From assembly GCA_977020255.1 (NCBI GenBank), contig CDROCS010000088.1:1-64000 (forward strand): a stretch of DNA of 64,000 nt, written 5' to 3'. The DNA comes from Obrimoposthia wandeli. Taxonomy: Eukaryota. Under the pieces are notes generated by a model. That model did not search any database and was not told the origin of the DNA. It worked only from the letters and a program-made list of their open reading frames with translations. The position numbers and the translations under genes were made by a program. Numbering within the stretch: the first letter of the stretch is position 1; each line of letters opens with the position of its first letter. Positions 50,899 to 61,872 of the stretch are shown one piece after another.

Positions 50899-53800
50899 TT
50901 ATGTTATTTCATAATGTCCATAAGCGCGGCTTCTATTTTTCTCGATCCAATAGCGCTTGTCATCTGATGAGCTGAGAGCAGTCTTTTGTATTATGATTGT
51001 ATATAGTTGATGATTTATTGTTCCAAACTTCTTTTGAGGTATAGTATATGCAATACCGTTTTCATACACATCTAAATATGTTTGATGTACAACCGTTGAA
51101 CCCTTAAGATTTACTCCTTTTGCTTTATTATTTTCAAAGTCATCTTCAAACTTAAGTGAATAACATTTACAAAGTAAGAAAATCCATTCTTTATACATTC
51201 TTCCTTCCGATTCATCTTTAAATAAACCTATTTTACTATTAAATTTATTAGAATATAATGGATCATTCACATTATAATTTGACGTATCTAATAATCCATC
51301 TGCAATCATTTTTGGTAACAACTGTTTTCTTAAATTAACGTTTTTACATTCCAAAAAGAATGAATCGGTATCACCGGCAACTATATTAATTGAACAATTG
51401 AATAAATTACGATATATTTGCAAATCATGATACTGAAGAGTATACATTCGTAATTTGCTAAGGTCTAGTACAGCTTGGCCTATATAATTTGGTCGATCGA
51501 GACAAATAAAATCTTTTCTTAATAAAACAGCTATTAAATTATCATGAATTTCAATTGATCGTTGAAACATAGGTTTGCTAGTATATGTGATTAATTTTGT
51601 AGAACTAGTGCAGATGCGAAGATTCAATCGTTTCTTAACATTTTCAACAGTCTTTCTATACAAACTAACATTTTTAAGTTTATAAAAATCTTTGTCACAT
51701 TTATTCGTTGCTTGTGATCTCATTTCTGAATTATATTCTATATATTCTGCGAATATCTTAGCCTGAGAGAATTTTACTGCTCGATGAATAATTGTTACCA
51801 CTGCTCCTAAACTAACATACATCTGCAATAGTCTCCAATGAATAACATAATGACTTTTTGGCGAATGTGTCATTAAAAGTTTTTCAACTTTTTTACCAGG
51901 TGGACATTTCTTTTCTGGAGCTATAGGAAGATCATCTAAAAAGTCATGAAGGTTTTCTGGTATTACCAAGTCTACTTCCATAAAATAACCATATTCAATA
52001 TGTTCCATGTTCACATTTTTCATTTCATGCAATATTTCGTTTAATTTTATATCATCAAGAATCCATTCAAAATCTCCTTTGGTAAAGGTTGATCAAGAGC
52101 CCATCCATATAAATTATTAACATCTATATATAAAAGTCTTGTTTCTTCATCAGCGACTACATGATGCTTATTGACAAATGTCATTCCTCCTCGTATACCC
52201 GAAGAAATCATGTTGTACATTTCAGGATCCTGCATCAGTTCAACCTTATGTTTTAACATTTTTAGTGCACTTGCCCAACTCAACCCAGGAATGCTAAAAA
52301 AGTTAAGTGGTTCTAAACCATCTTCACTGAGAGCTTTTCTTCTGAATGTTTGAAATACGTCAGCTAATAAATATACGTCAGTCTTTAAGTAAACTAACAT
52401 ATAATCCAACATATTTCTACAATTGGTTATTTTCCAAACATCTTGTGCTTTTTGATATTCAGTGTCTGTGATTTTATCATTCCATTTTACTGGTAAACTT
52501 AACTTATTCTGGAGGACATTTAATGATGTAGCAAAATCATATGGGAATATTCCTTTGCCATCAATAAGTTTAGATGGAAAAACTGATCTTGTTAATGGAA
52601 TAGTTGGTAATTTAGTTGCTAAATTTTCCAAAGATGATTGTAAAAATTGCAAAGAATCTATAAATCTCAGAGTTATTTGACCTAATCTTACAATCATGGC
52701 TTGAAACTTTTCCGTTGATTGTGGTATAATATTTATATCCCAGTCAGTAAATTTATTCAATGCATGTTTTAAAATATGATGTAAATCATAACCTCTGAGA
52801 TTATGAAACACAATAGGTAAAGTTGGACGAAGTTTTCTTGATAAATTACATTCATTGCATGCCGGACCTAGATATTTACCAGTAAAGTGATCATGATCTT
52901 TAACATATTTTTCAGATGATTCGTGACATAAATAACATTCATCGGCATTGCTAAATGTATGAATCTCTGCATTTGTTAAGGGAATCATTACGTTTTTAAG
53001 AGCATCTAAATACCATGGCAAAACCTTTTCTTTAGCCAAGTTCTCTATTGACTGAAGAAACTTAACTATGCAGTCATCACCAACATTATATTGATACTGG
53101 GTTTCAATTTCATCTGTACTCATAAATAACATGCCAGATGCGACAGGCATATGCTTTTGATGATAACTCTCATCTGGTACTAATACAGATTCAAAATCAG
53201 CGTAAACGACATATTTCGGTGATATAGTTTTTGACCAATCGTTGAATTTAACGTACTTATTCTTAGGCATAGTATACATTGTAGTGCTTTCTTGATTATA
53301 GTCACATAAAACTTTATGCTTTTCTAATGACAAATCGGTTTTGAAACCATGTAAACACTTTTCACACCATTTTCTGCTAATTCTAGTCGTTCCAGTTCGA
53401 ATATTTAATAGCCGGTTAAGACAACTTATTCCTATATAATGAAATCGTTCCTTGGATTCTAGTAACAATAAATTAACTATAGTTCCTTCCTTCATTTTTG
53501 ATTTGTATGCAACATCGATATAAGGATTCTTGATAACATCAGTTTTTGATTCTTTTTCACTTACCTCGTTGAATATGAATACATTTATTATTATACCAGG
53601 ATTTTGCCGTTCAAATTTTGATATATTTGATATTTTCATAGGCATGTCTTTGGAATTATATACAAAATCATTTAAAAATCTTTCATAGTTGCTTGGTCTA
53701 TTTCTATGTGAGTCTATTTCATTATATTTAAGTATTGACAATATTGCATAAATAAAGCAAAGATTATCAGAGTTTAGAATATTTATGACTGCTTTAGATT

Positions 53801-54534
53801 TTGCAAGAGAATTTGGTGATTTAATATATGAATGACCTGACAATGCACAAATTTGACTATATTTAGTAACAATAAATGCATATTCAAGTATATTCATCAA
53901 TTTCCAACCACTACCTTTTTCTGAATATTCTTCAACTTTATTTTCCATTGTATCTTCCATTTCTGAAATTATAGCATGTGAAAAAATCATTGCTCGATGT
54001 GAAGCATACCATTCTTTAGTTTCTCCATCATTCTTTTCAAACCTCATTCTAATGATGTATTGTATCTTTGCTTTTCCCATTAATTGCACTATTCTTTCTA
54101 GTTCGTTTAATAATGAAACTGGAAAGACTTACAAGATTGAGATGATCTACTTTCATGGATATCATTGAATAACTATTTTCTAATGATGTTTTAGTATGTA
54201 TATTATCATTTATTTTACGTTTTCGTGACGTAATTGTAGGAGCTGAAATTACTATGTTTGATGGTACATTAATTATATCAGTTCTTTTGCTTAAAGCCGG
54301 TACTTTAAATAATTCTTTCTTACTAACATTTTCATATGCTTTTAAATGACTAACATGTCGACTATAAAATAAGTTGTAATCAACATTTTCAGTGCTTAAA
54401 CATTGTGGACATATGAAATAATTTATCTTTTTGTTTGAATAACCATAATATTTTTTCATTATATCATGACATTCTTGAGGATTAAAATGTGTATCCGAAA
54501 AACAAATATTTGAATAAGTTTTACATATACTCAT
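50899..54534 (-). pseudogene. Protein-primed DNA polymerase B of B, split into three frames
   Basis: ORFs 54049-54618, 52047-54089 and 50899-52032 are collinear with pPolB of A. Motifs: NSDNLCFIYA/FHY, VVYADFES, KDHDHFTG..CNECNL, YIDVNNLYG, KLKNVSLYRK, AGDTDS. Frameshifts near 54130 and 52080. Confidence 0.93.
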
Positions 54535-54640
54535 CTGATGATATGATTGATTTGATTGGACTGATTGGATATTGGTTGATTTGTAGACTGAATAAAAAAA
54601 ATATATATATAAATACAATAATTTAATTATTTTACTTACA

Positions 54641-55105
54641 ATGTTAACAAATATTAATTATAAAGGAATTTGCTTAGATGATGTATCCAAATTAAAATTT
54701 CGAACACGACCAGAACAATACGTTTATAAAGCCAAAGATTATACAATACTTATTTTTAGAAATAAGAAATGCAGGATTATGGGATGTAAGGTACCTATTA
54801 AAAATATTTCTTACCCTTTAAGAATAAATATACTTGGTATTCAATCAATTACGATATGTGAAAATTTAGAACAAAGTATCAATCTATTTATATTATCGAA
54901 TGTATTACGTAACGCATGTTCATTTGACCCTGAGGTTTTCCCAGGCTTAAGATTAAATATTTTCAATCCATTGTGTGTAAATATTTTCACATCTGGAAAG
55001 GTCGTAATTTTAGGTCTTAGAAATTTAGATTTTCAAGATCAAGTTAACGATATCATGACATACATTAAAAAAAAATTATATAAATACGAAACAATTTCTA
55101 ATTAA
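54641..55105 (+). CDS. TATA-box-binding protein (TBP)-like protein
   Basis: Second repeat SFDPEVFPGLRLNIFNPLCVNIFTSGKVVILG versus eukaryotic TBP SYEPELFPGLIYRM.KP.IVLLIFVSGKVVLTG. First repeat TILIFRNKKCRIMG versus TALIFSSGKMVCTG. Confidence 0.82.
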   Translation: MLTNINYKGICLDDVSKLKFRTRPEQYVYKAKDYTILIFRNKKCRIMGCKVPIKNISYPLRINILGIQSITICENLEQSINLFILSNVLRNACSFDPEVFPGLRLNIFNPLCVNIFTSGKVVILGLRNLDFQDQVNDIMTYIKKKLYKYETISN

Positions 55106-55278
55106 TTATGGTGAAACAAAGATTTCGGATATTCAAGAAGATGGAAGAAGTCTCATCTGGACCGATTCATACAGCGACCGAATATTTTGATGTTTAATAA
55201 ATATTTAATAAAATGTTGTTATTGTTATAAACATGTACTTATTCTGATATATTTATTTTATATTATTATTTATATATA

Positions 55279-55926
55279 ATGTTATTAACAAACAATTCGA
55301 CTTTTCAAGTAGTAGGACCAAGTGGTAGCGGAAAAACTTTATTTGTTTGTAAATTATTAAATTCAAAAATGTTTAAAAATAAATTTAATAAAATATATTG
55401 GCATCAAGGTGGTGATGGAGAAGCTGGTTTAACAAACCAAGAATTTAATAAAATAAAAAACATTAAGATTATTAACGGTTTTGATGAAAATTGGACGACA
55501 AGACTTGTAAAAGGTGATGTAATTGTTATTGATGACTTATATCAAGAGGCTAACAAAGAATCTGATTTTAATGATTTATTTACAAAAATTGCAAGACATA
55601 GAGAAGTTACTGTAATTTTTATAACCCAAAATTTATTTCATCAAGGAGGAAATCATCGTACTCGTAATCTTAATGTACATTATTTGATTTTATTCAAAAA
55701 TCCTAGAGATCAAACAGTGATAGATTTTATTGCTCGTCAAGCATTTCCTCATAACAAGAGTTATTTAATTGATGCGTTTCATGATGCTACATCTTTACCA
55801 CATGGTTATTTATTTTTAAATTTTACTCAATCATGTCCTGATGATTTAAGAATTGTTACTGATATATTTAACCGTAATGGTATTACAGTCTATAAACAAA
55901 TAAATAATAATAAAGTTTTAAAATAA
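55279..55926 (+). CDS. Packaging ATPase (FtsK/A32-like)
   Basis: Walker A VGPSGSGKT, Walker B VIVIDDL, ITQNLF, and LFKNPRD. Confidence 0.95.
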   Translation: MLLTNNSTFQVVGPSGSGKTLFVCKLLNSKMFKNKFNKIYWHQGGDGEAGLTNQEFNKIKNIKIINGFDENWTTRLVKGDVIVIDDLYQEANKESDFNDLFTKIARHREVTVIFITQNLFHQGGNHRTRNLNVHYLILFKNPRDQTVIDFIARQAFPHNKSYLIDAFHDATSLPHGYLFLNFTQSCPDDLRIVTDIFNRNGITVYKQINNNKVLK

Positions 55927-55927
55927 A

Positions 55928-56341
55928 ATGAATTTTAAAAAGAGTATTCTTAAACATAGTAAAAGGACAGATAAAGATGAAGTTAAAAAATTAATAAATA
56001 CTGTATTATATGATCGTAATAATATTGAATTTTCAAAAAGTTTACCTTATTTTAAAACCTTAATTGACGTACCAAAAACGAATAAAATGAAAATGTTGAA
56101 ATCATTTCCAATTTATGTAGTTGATGATTTAATAAAAATTTTAAATAAAATAATTTATGGTAAAATTAAACCTGATGATAATATTTTAAAATATAAAAAT
56201 TCATTAATAAATTTAGCAAATTCACGTGGTAAAATTAATAAAAGAAACATTATTTATAATCAAAATGGTGGATTCATATTGGCCCTACTGCCCGCTATAG
56301 CATCAGTAATAGCTAGTGTTATATCTTCAAGATGGGGATAG
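55928..56341 (+). CDS. Basic core-like protein with an adenovirus pX-like hydrophobic C-terminus
   Basis: Lys-rich, ending QNGGFILALLPAIASVIASVISS, with a GG|F candidate adenain site. Confidence 0.6.
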   Translation: MNFKKSILKHSKRTDKDEVKKLINTVLYDRNNIEFSKSLPYFKTLIDVPKTNKMKMLKSFPIYVVDDLIKILNKIIYGKIKPDDNILKYKNSLINLANSRGKINKRNIIYNQNGGFILALLPAIASVIASVISSRWG

Positions 56342-56485
56342 TTGTCTTAATAACGAAAATAATTACATTCATTCGTTTTATACAAACATATAAACAGATT
56401 AAAATATATTTAACTTTTATAATAATGGGGATAAACAATACAAAGTTGTCTAACTTATTTATAAATTTTAATTCTTCATGCTGCA

Positions 56486-57511
56486 ATGGAAAAGATTTGG
56501 AACAATCCAGAAGATCCAGACGGTTATACAGGGTTAGAAAAATTGACAAAAAGAGTCAAACAATCAAAAACAAACACACAAAAATGGTTAAGAAATGAAT
56601 TATCATATAGTCTGAATAAACCTTTAAGACGTAAATTCCCTACTAGATCATATAAAACTAATGGTATTAATTCGTTATGGCAGATGGATTTAATGGAAAT
56701 GATTCCTTATTCTTCAGTAAATAATGGATTCAAGTATATTTTAACTTGTATTGATGTATTTAGTCGTTTTGCAAGGGCAGTTGGTGTTAAAACAAAATCA
56801 GGTATTGATTTATTACATGCAATAGAATCTTTAATTGTTGATGATGTACCAGTAAATATCCAAACCGATGAAGGTAAAGAATTTTTTAATTCACATGTTA
56901 AGAAATTATTTAAAACTGAAAATATCAATCATTATTCAGTATATTCTCAATATAAAGCTGCAGTAGTTGAAAGATTTAATAGAACGTTAAGAGAACGGTT
57001 AAAGAAATATTTTACTAAACAAGGTAATAAGAAATGGGTGAATGTATTACCAAAAATTATTTATGCTTATAATAATTCTAAACATAGAGGTTTAGATGGT
57101 TTAAAACCTGTAGATGTAAATAATAAAAATGAATTTGATATTTTGTTGAAACAAAATCTAAAAGAAAAGAAACTTAAATCTAAATATAAAATTGATGATT
57201 ATGTTCGAATATCAAAAATAAGTACAAGTCCATTTATTAAAAATTTTAATCAAAATTGGAGTGATGAGGTTTTTCAAATTCATGATATTAATTATAAACA
57301 AAATCCAATAATGTATATTTTAAAAGATATTGATAACGTCATCATCAAAGGAAAATTTTATAAACAAGAGTTACAATTAATTGATAAACCTAAACTATAT
57401 CGAATACAAGAAATTTTAGAAACTAAAGGTCGTGGTAAGAATAAACAATATTACGTAAAGTGGCACGGATACTCTGAACCTTCTTGGATATTTGCTTCTC
57501 AAATTGAATAA
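56486..57511 (+). CDS. Retroviral-like DDE integrase with C-terminal chromodomain
   Basis: WQMDL, QTDEGKEF, VVERFNRTL; C-terminal IQEILETK..YYVKWHGY. Intact ORF. Confidence 0.96.
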   Translation: MEKIWNNPEDPDGYTGLEKLTKRVKQSKTNTQKWLRNELSYSLNKPLRRKFPTRSYKTNGINSLWQMDLMEMIPYSSVNNGFKYILTCIDVFSRFARAVGVKTKSGIDLLHAIESLIVDDVPVNIQTDEGKEFFNSHVKKLFKTENINHYSVYSQYKAAVVERFNRTLRERLKKYFTKQGNKKWVNVLPKIIYAYNNSKHRGLDGLKPVDVNNKNEFDILLKQNLKEKKLKSKYKIDDYVRISKISTSPFIKNFNQNWSDEVFQIHDINYKQNPIMYILKDIDNVIIKGKFYKQELQLIDKPKLYRIQEILETKGRGKNKQYYVKWHGYSEPSWIFASQIE

Positions 57512-58524
57512 TGTCAAAATATATTATTTTACCTAGTAATAGTTGTCCAAGTACTCAACCTAACAATACAGCCAATCAATTTACTGTAGATTGGGAAAAC
57601 TCTCTAAATTTAGATGGTGAATGGGAGGTTGCCTTGACTGAATTTGTATTTAATTTTACTCCTTTAACAATACAAACTAATTCAAAAATACTTTATAAAA
57701 CGGAAAAGATAGAAATGAAAACTTTCGATGTATCTTTTGCAATTTTAAATGGATTAATTTTTAATAATTTAAATACTGTTTTCAATTTCAAAATTACAAA
57801 GAATCAAAAATTAGAAATAAGTACAATTAACAGTATTCATCGAATGTTGTTAAAATTCGAAACTTTAGAAGAATCAAAAATTATAGGTTTTAATGAAATA
57901 CAAAAAATTTCTAGTCATGTTATAACAAGTGATGAAATTGTTGACATAAATAAAAATATTCATGCTAAAATGAGAATAACAATTTATTATTTAGCTGAAT
58001 ATGAATACGAAATAAAATTTAATCAAAATTATTTGATACAAGATAGTACTTCATTATGTAATATTATAGCCAGTAAATGTAATGAAATTTTTAAAAGCTG
58101 TAATATAGATTCAGACGGATTATTTGATATTTTATTAAAGAAAAATGTAAAATCAGTTTTATTTGACGAAAAACTTGCATCTTTATTAGGTTTTAATAAT
58201 GTTTTCTTTGAGAAACGAATTAAAGGTTTTCAAAAACCAACACTTTCTAGCTCATATAATCAAATGTATATTTATACTAGTTTAACAGATTCTGTCTTAG
58301 TAGGATCTGATTATGTTCCACTGTTAAAGTCTATTTGGTTAAAATCATTAAAATATCGATATGGAGATGTAGTAAATGTTAAAATTGATAATCCAATGTA
58401 CTTGAAAATGAGAGATTCAAGTATTAATAGAATCGAGGTAAATATACGTGATGATTCTGGTAATTTAATTCCATTTTCATATGGAGCAAAAACTAGTTTA
58501 ACTCTTCATTTACGTAAAGTATAA
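57511..58524 (+). CDS. Minor capsid protein (penton)
   Basis: LPSNS..PNNTANQF..L.LDGEWEVALTE; MYIYTSL..VG..VPLLKSI; IEVNIRDDSG.LIPF..G.TSLTLHLR. Confidence 0.88.
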   Translation: MSKYIILPSNSCPSTQPNNTANQFTVDWENSLNLDGEWEVALTEFVFNFTPLTIQTNSKILYKTEKIEMKTFDVSFAILNGLIFNNLNTVFNFKITKNQKLEISTINSIHRMLLKFETLEESKIIGFNEIQKISSHVITSDEIVDINKNIHAKMRITIYYLAEYEYEIKFNQNYLIQDSTSLCNIIASKCNEIFKSCNIDSDGLFDILLKKNVKSVLFDEKLASLLGFNNVFFEKRIKGFQKPTLSSSYNQMYIYTSLTDSVLVGSDYVPLLKSIWLKSLKYRYGDVVNVKIDNPMYLKMRDSSINRIEVNIRDDSGNLIPFSYGAKTSLTLHLRKV

Positions 58525-58567
58525 ACAATATAAATATATTTAAAATATAAATATATATATATATAAA

Positions 58568-58973
58568 ATGAATACATCAATTATAAAATTTTATAGCAAA
58601 AGTCAACAGGGCGGTGAACTTCCCTATTTCATTGGTAAACAATATGGATCTGGTTGGTATCAAACTATTTCTAGATTAGCTATTCCATTGTTAAAAAAAG
58701 TTGGTTTATCAGCAGCTACAAGTGCTGCCAATGTAATTGGTGAAACGGTAGGAACTGCGTTAACAAATCCAAAAACATAATTTCATCTCTCAAAGAAAAT
58801 ACAATCAAAGAAGTCAAAACTTTGATTCCAAAATTAAAAAAATAATGCTGTTGATAGTTTAAATAAAGTCGCAAATTGTGTTGAACAAAATGGAAAGGGT
58901 CTTAAACGTAAAAGAAATAATTTAAATAGTATAAACAAACGTCTTAAAGGTACTATTTTCCAAAATGACTAGT
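58568..58973 (+). CDS. Small core/membrane-active Polinton protein, with two frameshifts in A-runs
   Basis: QQGGELPYFIGKQYGSGW..ISRLAIPLLKKVG. Continues in shifted frames to QNGKGLKRKR..FQND*. Confidence 0.6.
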
Positions 58974-60185
58974 ATAAAATCTGAATTGTGTATTTTCGAT
59001 AGACCACTACCTCAAGTAGTGATTGAAAATTCATGTTTTGAAGAAATATTTCCAATCAATTCAATTACTGGAAAAAATTTAAATGACATAGAATTTAATA
59101 TTCATGCATCTGAAGAAGATTATCTGGATTTGAATGATACTTTGTTAAATATTAAATTAAAAGTTGTAAATGAAGATGGTACTGATTTAATGAAAGATAG
59201 TGATGTAACTCCAGAGAATTACATGTTTCAAACTTTGTTTAGAGATGTTATTCTAACACTTAATAATGTAAAGGTTGAAGGAGGAAATGGAACGTATACT
59301 CATAAGGCTATATTCGATACTCTTTTGAATTTTAGTAGTGATACCAAGTATACTAACCTTGAATGTAGTGGGTATGATGATGAAGCAGAAAATCGTAAAC
59401 AATGGATTAGTGAATCTAAAATATTTTCATTATGTAATTCAATTAGATTAGATTTCTTTGAACAACCAAAATATTTGATTCCAGGGATTAATGTTCATTT
59501 GAGATTTATGAGAAATCAGCATAATTTTTCGCTCTATTCAGAAACTTCAAAACCAATTATTCAAATTCTAGATGCTAGATTGTATGTTAGAAGAGTAAAA
59601 GTTGATTCTTCAGTAATGATTGGACATCAGTTAGGTTTGCAAAGTCAGAATGCAGTTTACCCAATTAGAAAAACTCAGTTAGTAACATATTCAATTCCTC
59701 AGGGTTCTTTGGAACTTAATAAAGATCAAATATTCGGAGACTATCGTTTACCCAAGTTCATTTTGATTGCTTTCAAAGATACACCTCAGGGTGGTAAGGA
59801 ATACAAAGTTAAATCTTCTACGTTCAATACATTTAATGTTTCAACAATATCATTAGCTAGAAATACAGATTATCGAGAAACTTATAATCTAGATAATAAC
59901 AATTTTTCATTAGCATATATGCAGTCAATTATTCGAAATATGAATATTTTAGATAAAAACGTGAATAATGGTATCATATTTTCTGATTTTAAATCAGGAA
60001 GTTCGATTTTCACTTTTCTATTAGCACCAGATTTTGATATAAACACTACTCAAGTGCCTAAAACTGGTAATTTAAGACTTGAAATTAGATTTAATTCTCC
60101 TTTGACCGTTCCAACAAGTGTTTTGATTTACGGAATATTTGATTCCGAAATTCAGATTACGAAAAATAAAACTGTGATTGTATGA
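58965..60185 (+). CDS. Major capsid protein (double jelly-roll)
   Basis: MTSIKSELCIFDRPLPQ..YLDLNDTLL..DFFEQPKYLIPGI..GNLRLEIRF..YGIFDSEIQITK. Intact 406 aa. Confidence 0.92.
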   Translation: MTSIKSELCIFDRPLPQVVIENSCFEEIFPINSITGKNLNDIEFNIHASEEDYLDLNDTLLNIKLKVVNEDGTDLMKDSDVTPENYMFQTLFRDVILTLNNVKVEGGNGTYTHKAIFDTLLNFSSDTKYTNLECSGYDDEAENRKQWISESKIFSLCNSIRLDFFEQPKYLIPGINVHLRFMRNQHNFSLYSETSKPIIQILDARLYVRRVKVDSSVMIGHQLGLQSQNAVYPIRKTQLVTYSIPQGSLELNKDQIFGDYRLPKFILIAFKDTPQGGKEYKVKSSTFNTFNVSTISLARNTDYRETYNLDNNNFSLAYMQSIIRNMNILDKNVNNGIIFSDFKSGSSIFTFLLAPDFDINTTQVPKTGNLRLEIRFNSPLTVPTSVLIYGIFDSEIQITKNKTVIV

Positions 60186-60557
60186 AGTAAGCTTATTGTA
60201 TATTATATTCTTTATTAAAATTAGTACTTTAGAAATTCATAAATCCGGAAAAATATTATTGAATAACAAATTTAATGGAGTATTTCATTGGATAAAATTC
60301 CATCATTAAAACCCGGAGGTTACATTATCAATACTCATACTTCAAATCTACCAGGCGAGCATTGGATAGCAATATTCGTTGACAGATTCGAGATTCGAGT
60401 GTTTGATCCTTTTGGATTCTATTATCCTGCAAAGTTGGTGTCTACACTTGAAAAAGAAAACATTCCAGTCTACTATAATCGAGTTAAATGTCAGAATCCA
60501 TTAACTAAAAACTGCGGACCTCTGAGTCTTTTATGGTTGAAACTTCAACACAAATAA
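60182..60557 (+). CDS. Adenain-type cysteine protease, two exons (60182-60186; 60225-60557), 38-bp intron, 1-nt frameshift near 60285
   Basis: ATG AA|gtaagc...ttag|T ACT gives MNTLEI..FNGVF; then GGYIINT..PGEHWIA..FDPFG..NCGPL. Confidence 0.85.
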
Positions 60558-60611
60558 TTTTAAGTATAAACAAATATATCATTTTAGTATTTCATTTTAT
60601 TTTATTTTCAA

Positions 60612-61064
60612 ATGGCTTTTATTGATTTAGAATGTTTTATTGATAATAATGGAGAATATATTCCAAAGGAATTATGTATAATGTATGTGAATGATATGAC
60701 TTGTCCATTTCATTACGTGTTTAAAAATCAAATACCATGGAGTAGTTTATCATTTACAGTTAAAAGAAAAAATCTATATTTGATAAATCATCATCATCAG
60801 TTATCCTGGTTTGAAGGTGAAAGCTCTGATATTCATATTGATGATGTTGAAACAATATTCTATGTTATGGATTCTATTGATGGAAAGAAAATTAATTTAG
60901 TGAAACGAATGTTTCCAAATTTGAGAATTGTGAATTATAATAAAAGTTTCAAAAATTTAAAGAAAATGCCAAAAAATATTCGATGTCCGTTTAGAAAACA
61001 CGGAAAACATTGTGCTTATTTGAAATGTTTTTCTCTATGTATTGATTATGTAAATTGTATATAA
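60612..61064 (+). CDS. Small DnaQ/DEDD-like accessory protein with a Cys/His C-terminus
   Basis: MAFIDLECFID..YIPKELC (DxE motif); CPF..HGKHCAYLKC. Confidence 0.65.
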   Translation: MAFIDLECFIDNNGEYIPKELCIMYVNDMTCPFHYVFKNQIPWSSLSFTVKRKNLYLINHHHQLSWFEGESSDIHIDDVETIFYVMDSIDGKKINLVKRMFPNLRIVNYNKSFKNLKKMPKNIRCPFRKHGKHCAYLKCFSLCIDYVNCI

Positions 61065-61119
61065 ATATATTTATTAAGGATATTTTATTTTAATATATAA
61101 TTTATGTTATTTAAATAAA

Positions 61120-61872
61120 TTTTACCATAATTCTATAAATGTGAAAGCCTAGGAAAAACTTTAGTTTAAATTTCACATAAAATAGTGTATGTGTGTGTTA
61201 AAAAACGCATTTCTTAATTGATAAGAGTGAACTTTATCATAAATTTCACATAAAATAGTGTATGTGTGTGTTAAAAACCACATTTCTTAATTGTTAAGAG
61301 TGAACTTTATCATAAATTTTCATTATGGACTAGATCACAAAAAAAAGAAGGGTGGAGACTAAGCCACTTGATCCTTTGAATTAGTAGTTAGCCAAAAATA
61401 AGGGTGGAGACTAGACCACAAAAAGATGGGTGGAGACTAGATCACTAAAAGAAGGGTGGAGACTAGATCACTAAAAGATGGGTGGAGACTAAGCCAATTG
61501 ACCCTTTCATAGTGGTATATCTCAAAAAGAAGGGTGGAGACTAAGCCACTTGACCCTTTCATAGTGGTATATCTCAAAAAGAAGGGTGGAGACTAAGCCA
61601 CTTGACCCTTTAAACTATGGACGACCATAGTAGTATATCAAGGAAGGATGGAGTCTAAGCCACTTGACCCCCCCCTAAAGGGTGTCACACCATAAGGGTG
61701 TCACACCATAAAATGTGTCTTGCCACACCATAAGGGTATATGTTGCCTCACCAGAGGTGAGGCAACATATACCCTTATGGTGTGGCAAGACACCTTTTAT
61801 GGTGTGACATCCTTATGGAGTGACACCCTTTGGGGGGGGTCAAGTGGCTTAGACTCCATCCTTCCACCTACT
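61120..61872 (-). repeat. Right TIR of B with palindrome 61642-61865
   Basis: Reverse complement of the left TIR. Centre gcctcacc-AGA-ggtgaggc at 61745-61763. Confidence 0.95.

Larger units (their letters stand above)
49951..61872. mobile_element. Polinton/Maverick (adintovirus-like) element B with complete core gene set
   Basis: Termini agtaggtggaaggatggag / ctccatccttccacctact. TSD GAGGTG at 49945-49950 and 61873-61878. pPolB, ATPase, INT, mCP, MCP and PRO all present. Confidence 0.97.

Noticed and set aside
52060-52100. Programmed -1 ribosomal frameshift in pPolB of B
   Set aside because: There is no canonical X XXY YYZ slippery site, and the paralog in A is continuous at this position.
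54937-54950. ttttcccaggctta shared between the TBP-like ORF and the inner TIR boundary (~50787)
   Set aside because: A short match in AT-rich DNA that coincides with FPGL codons. Chance is plausible.
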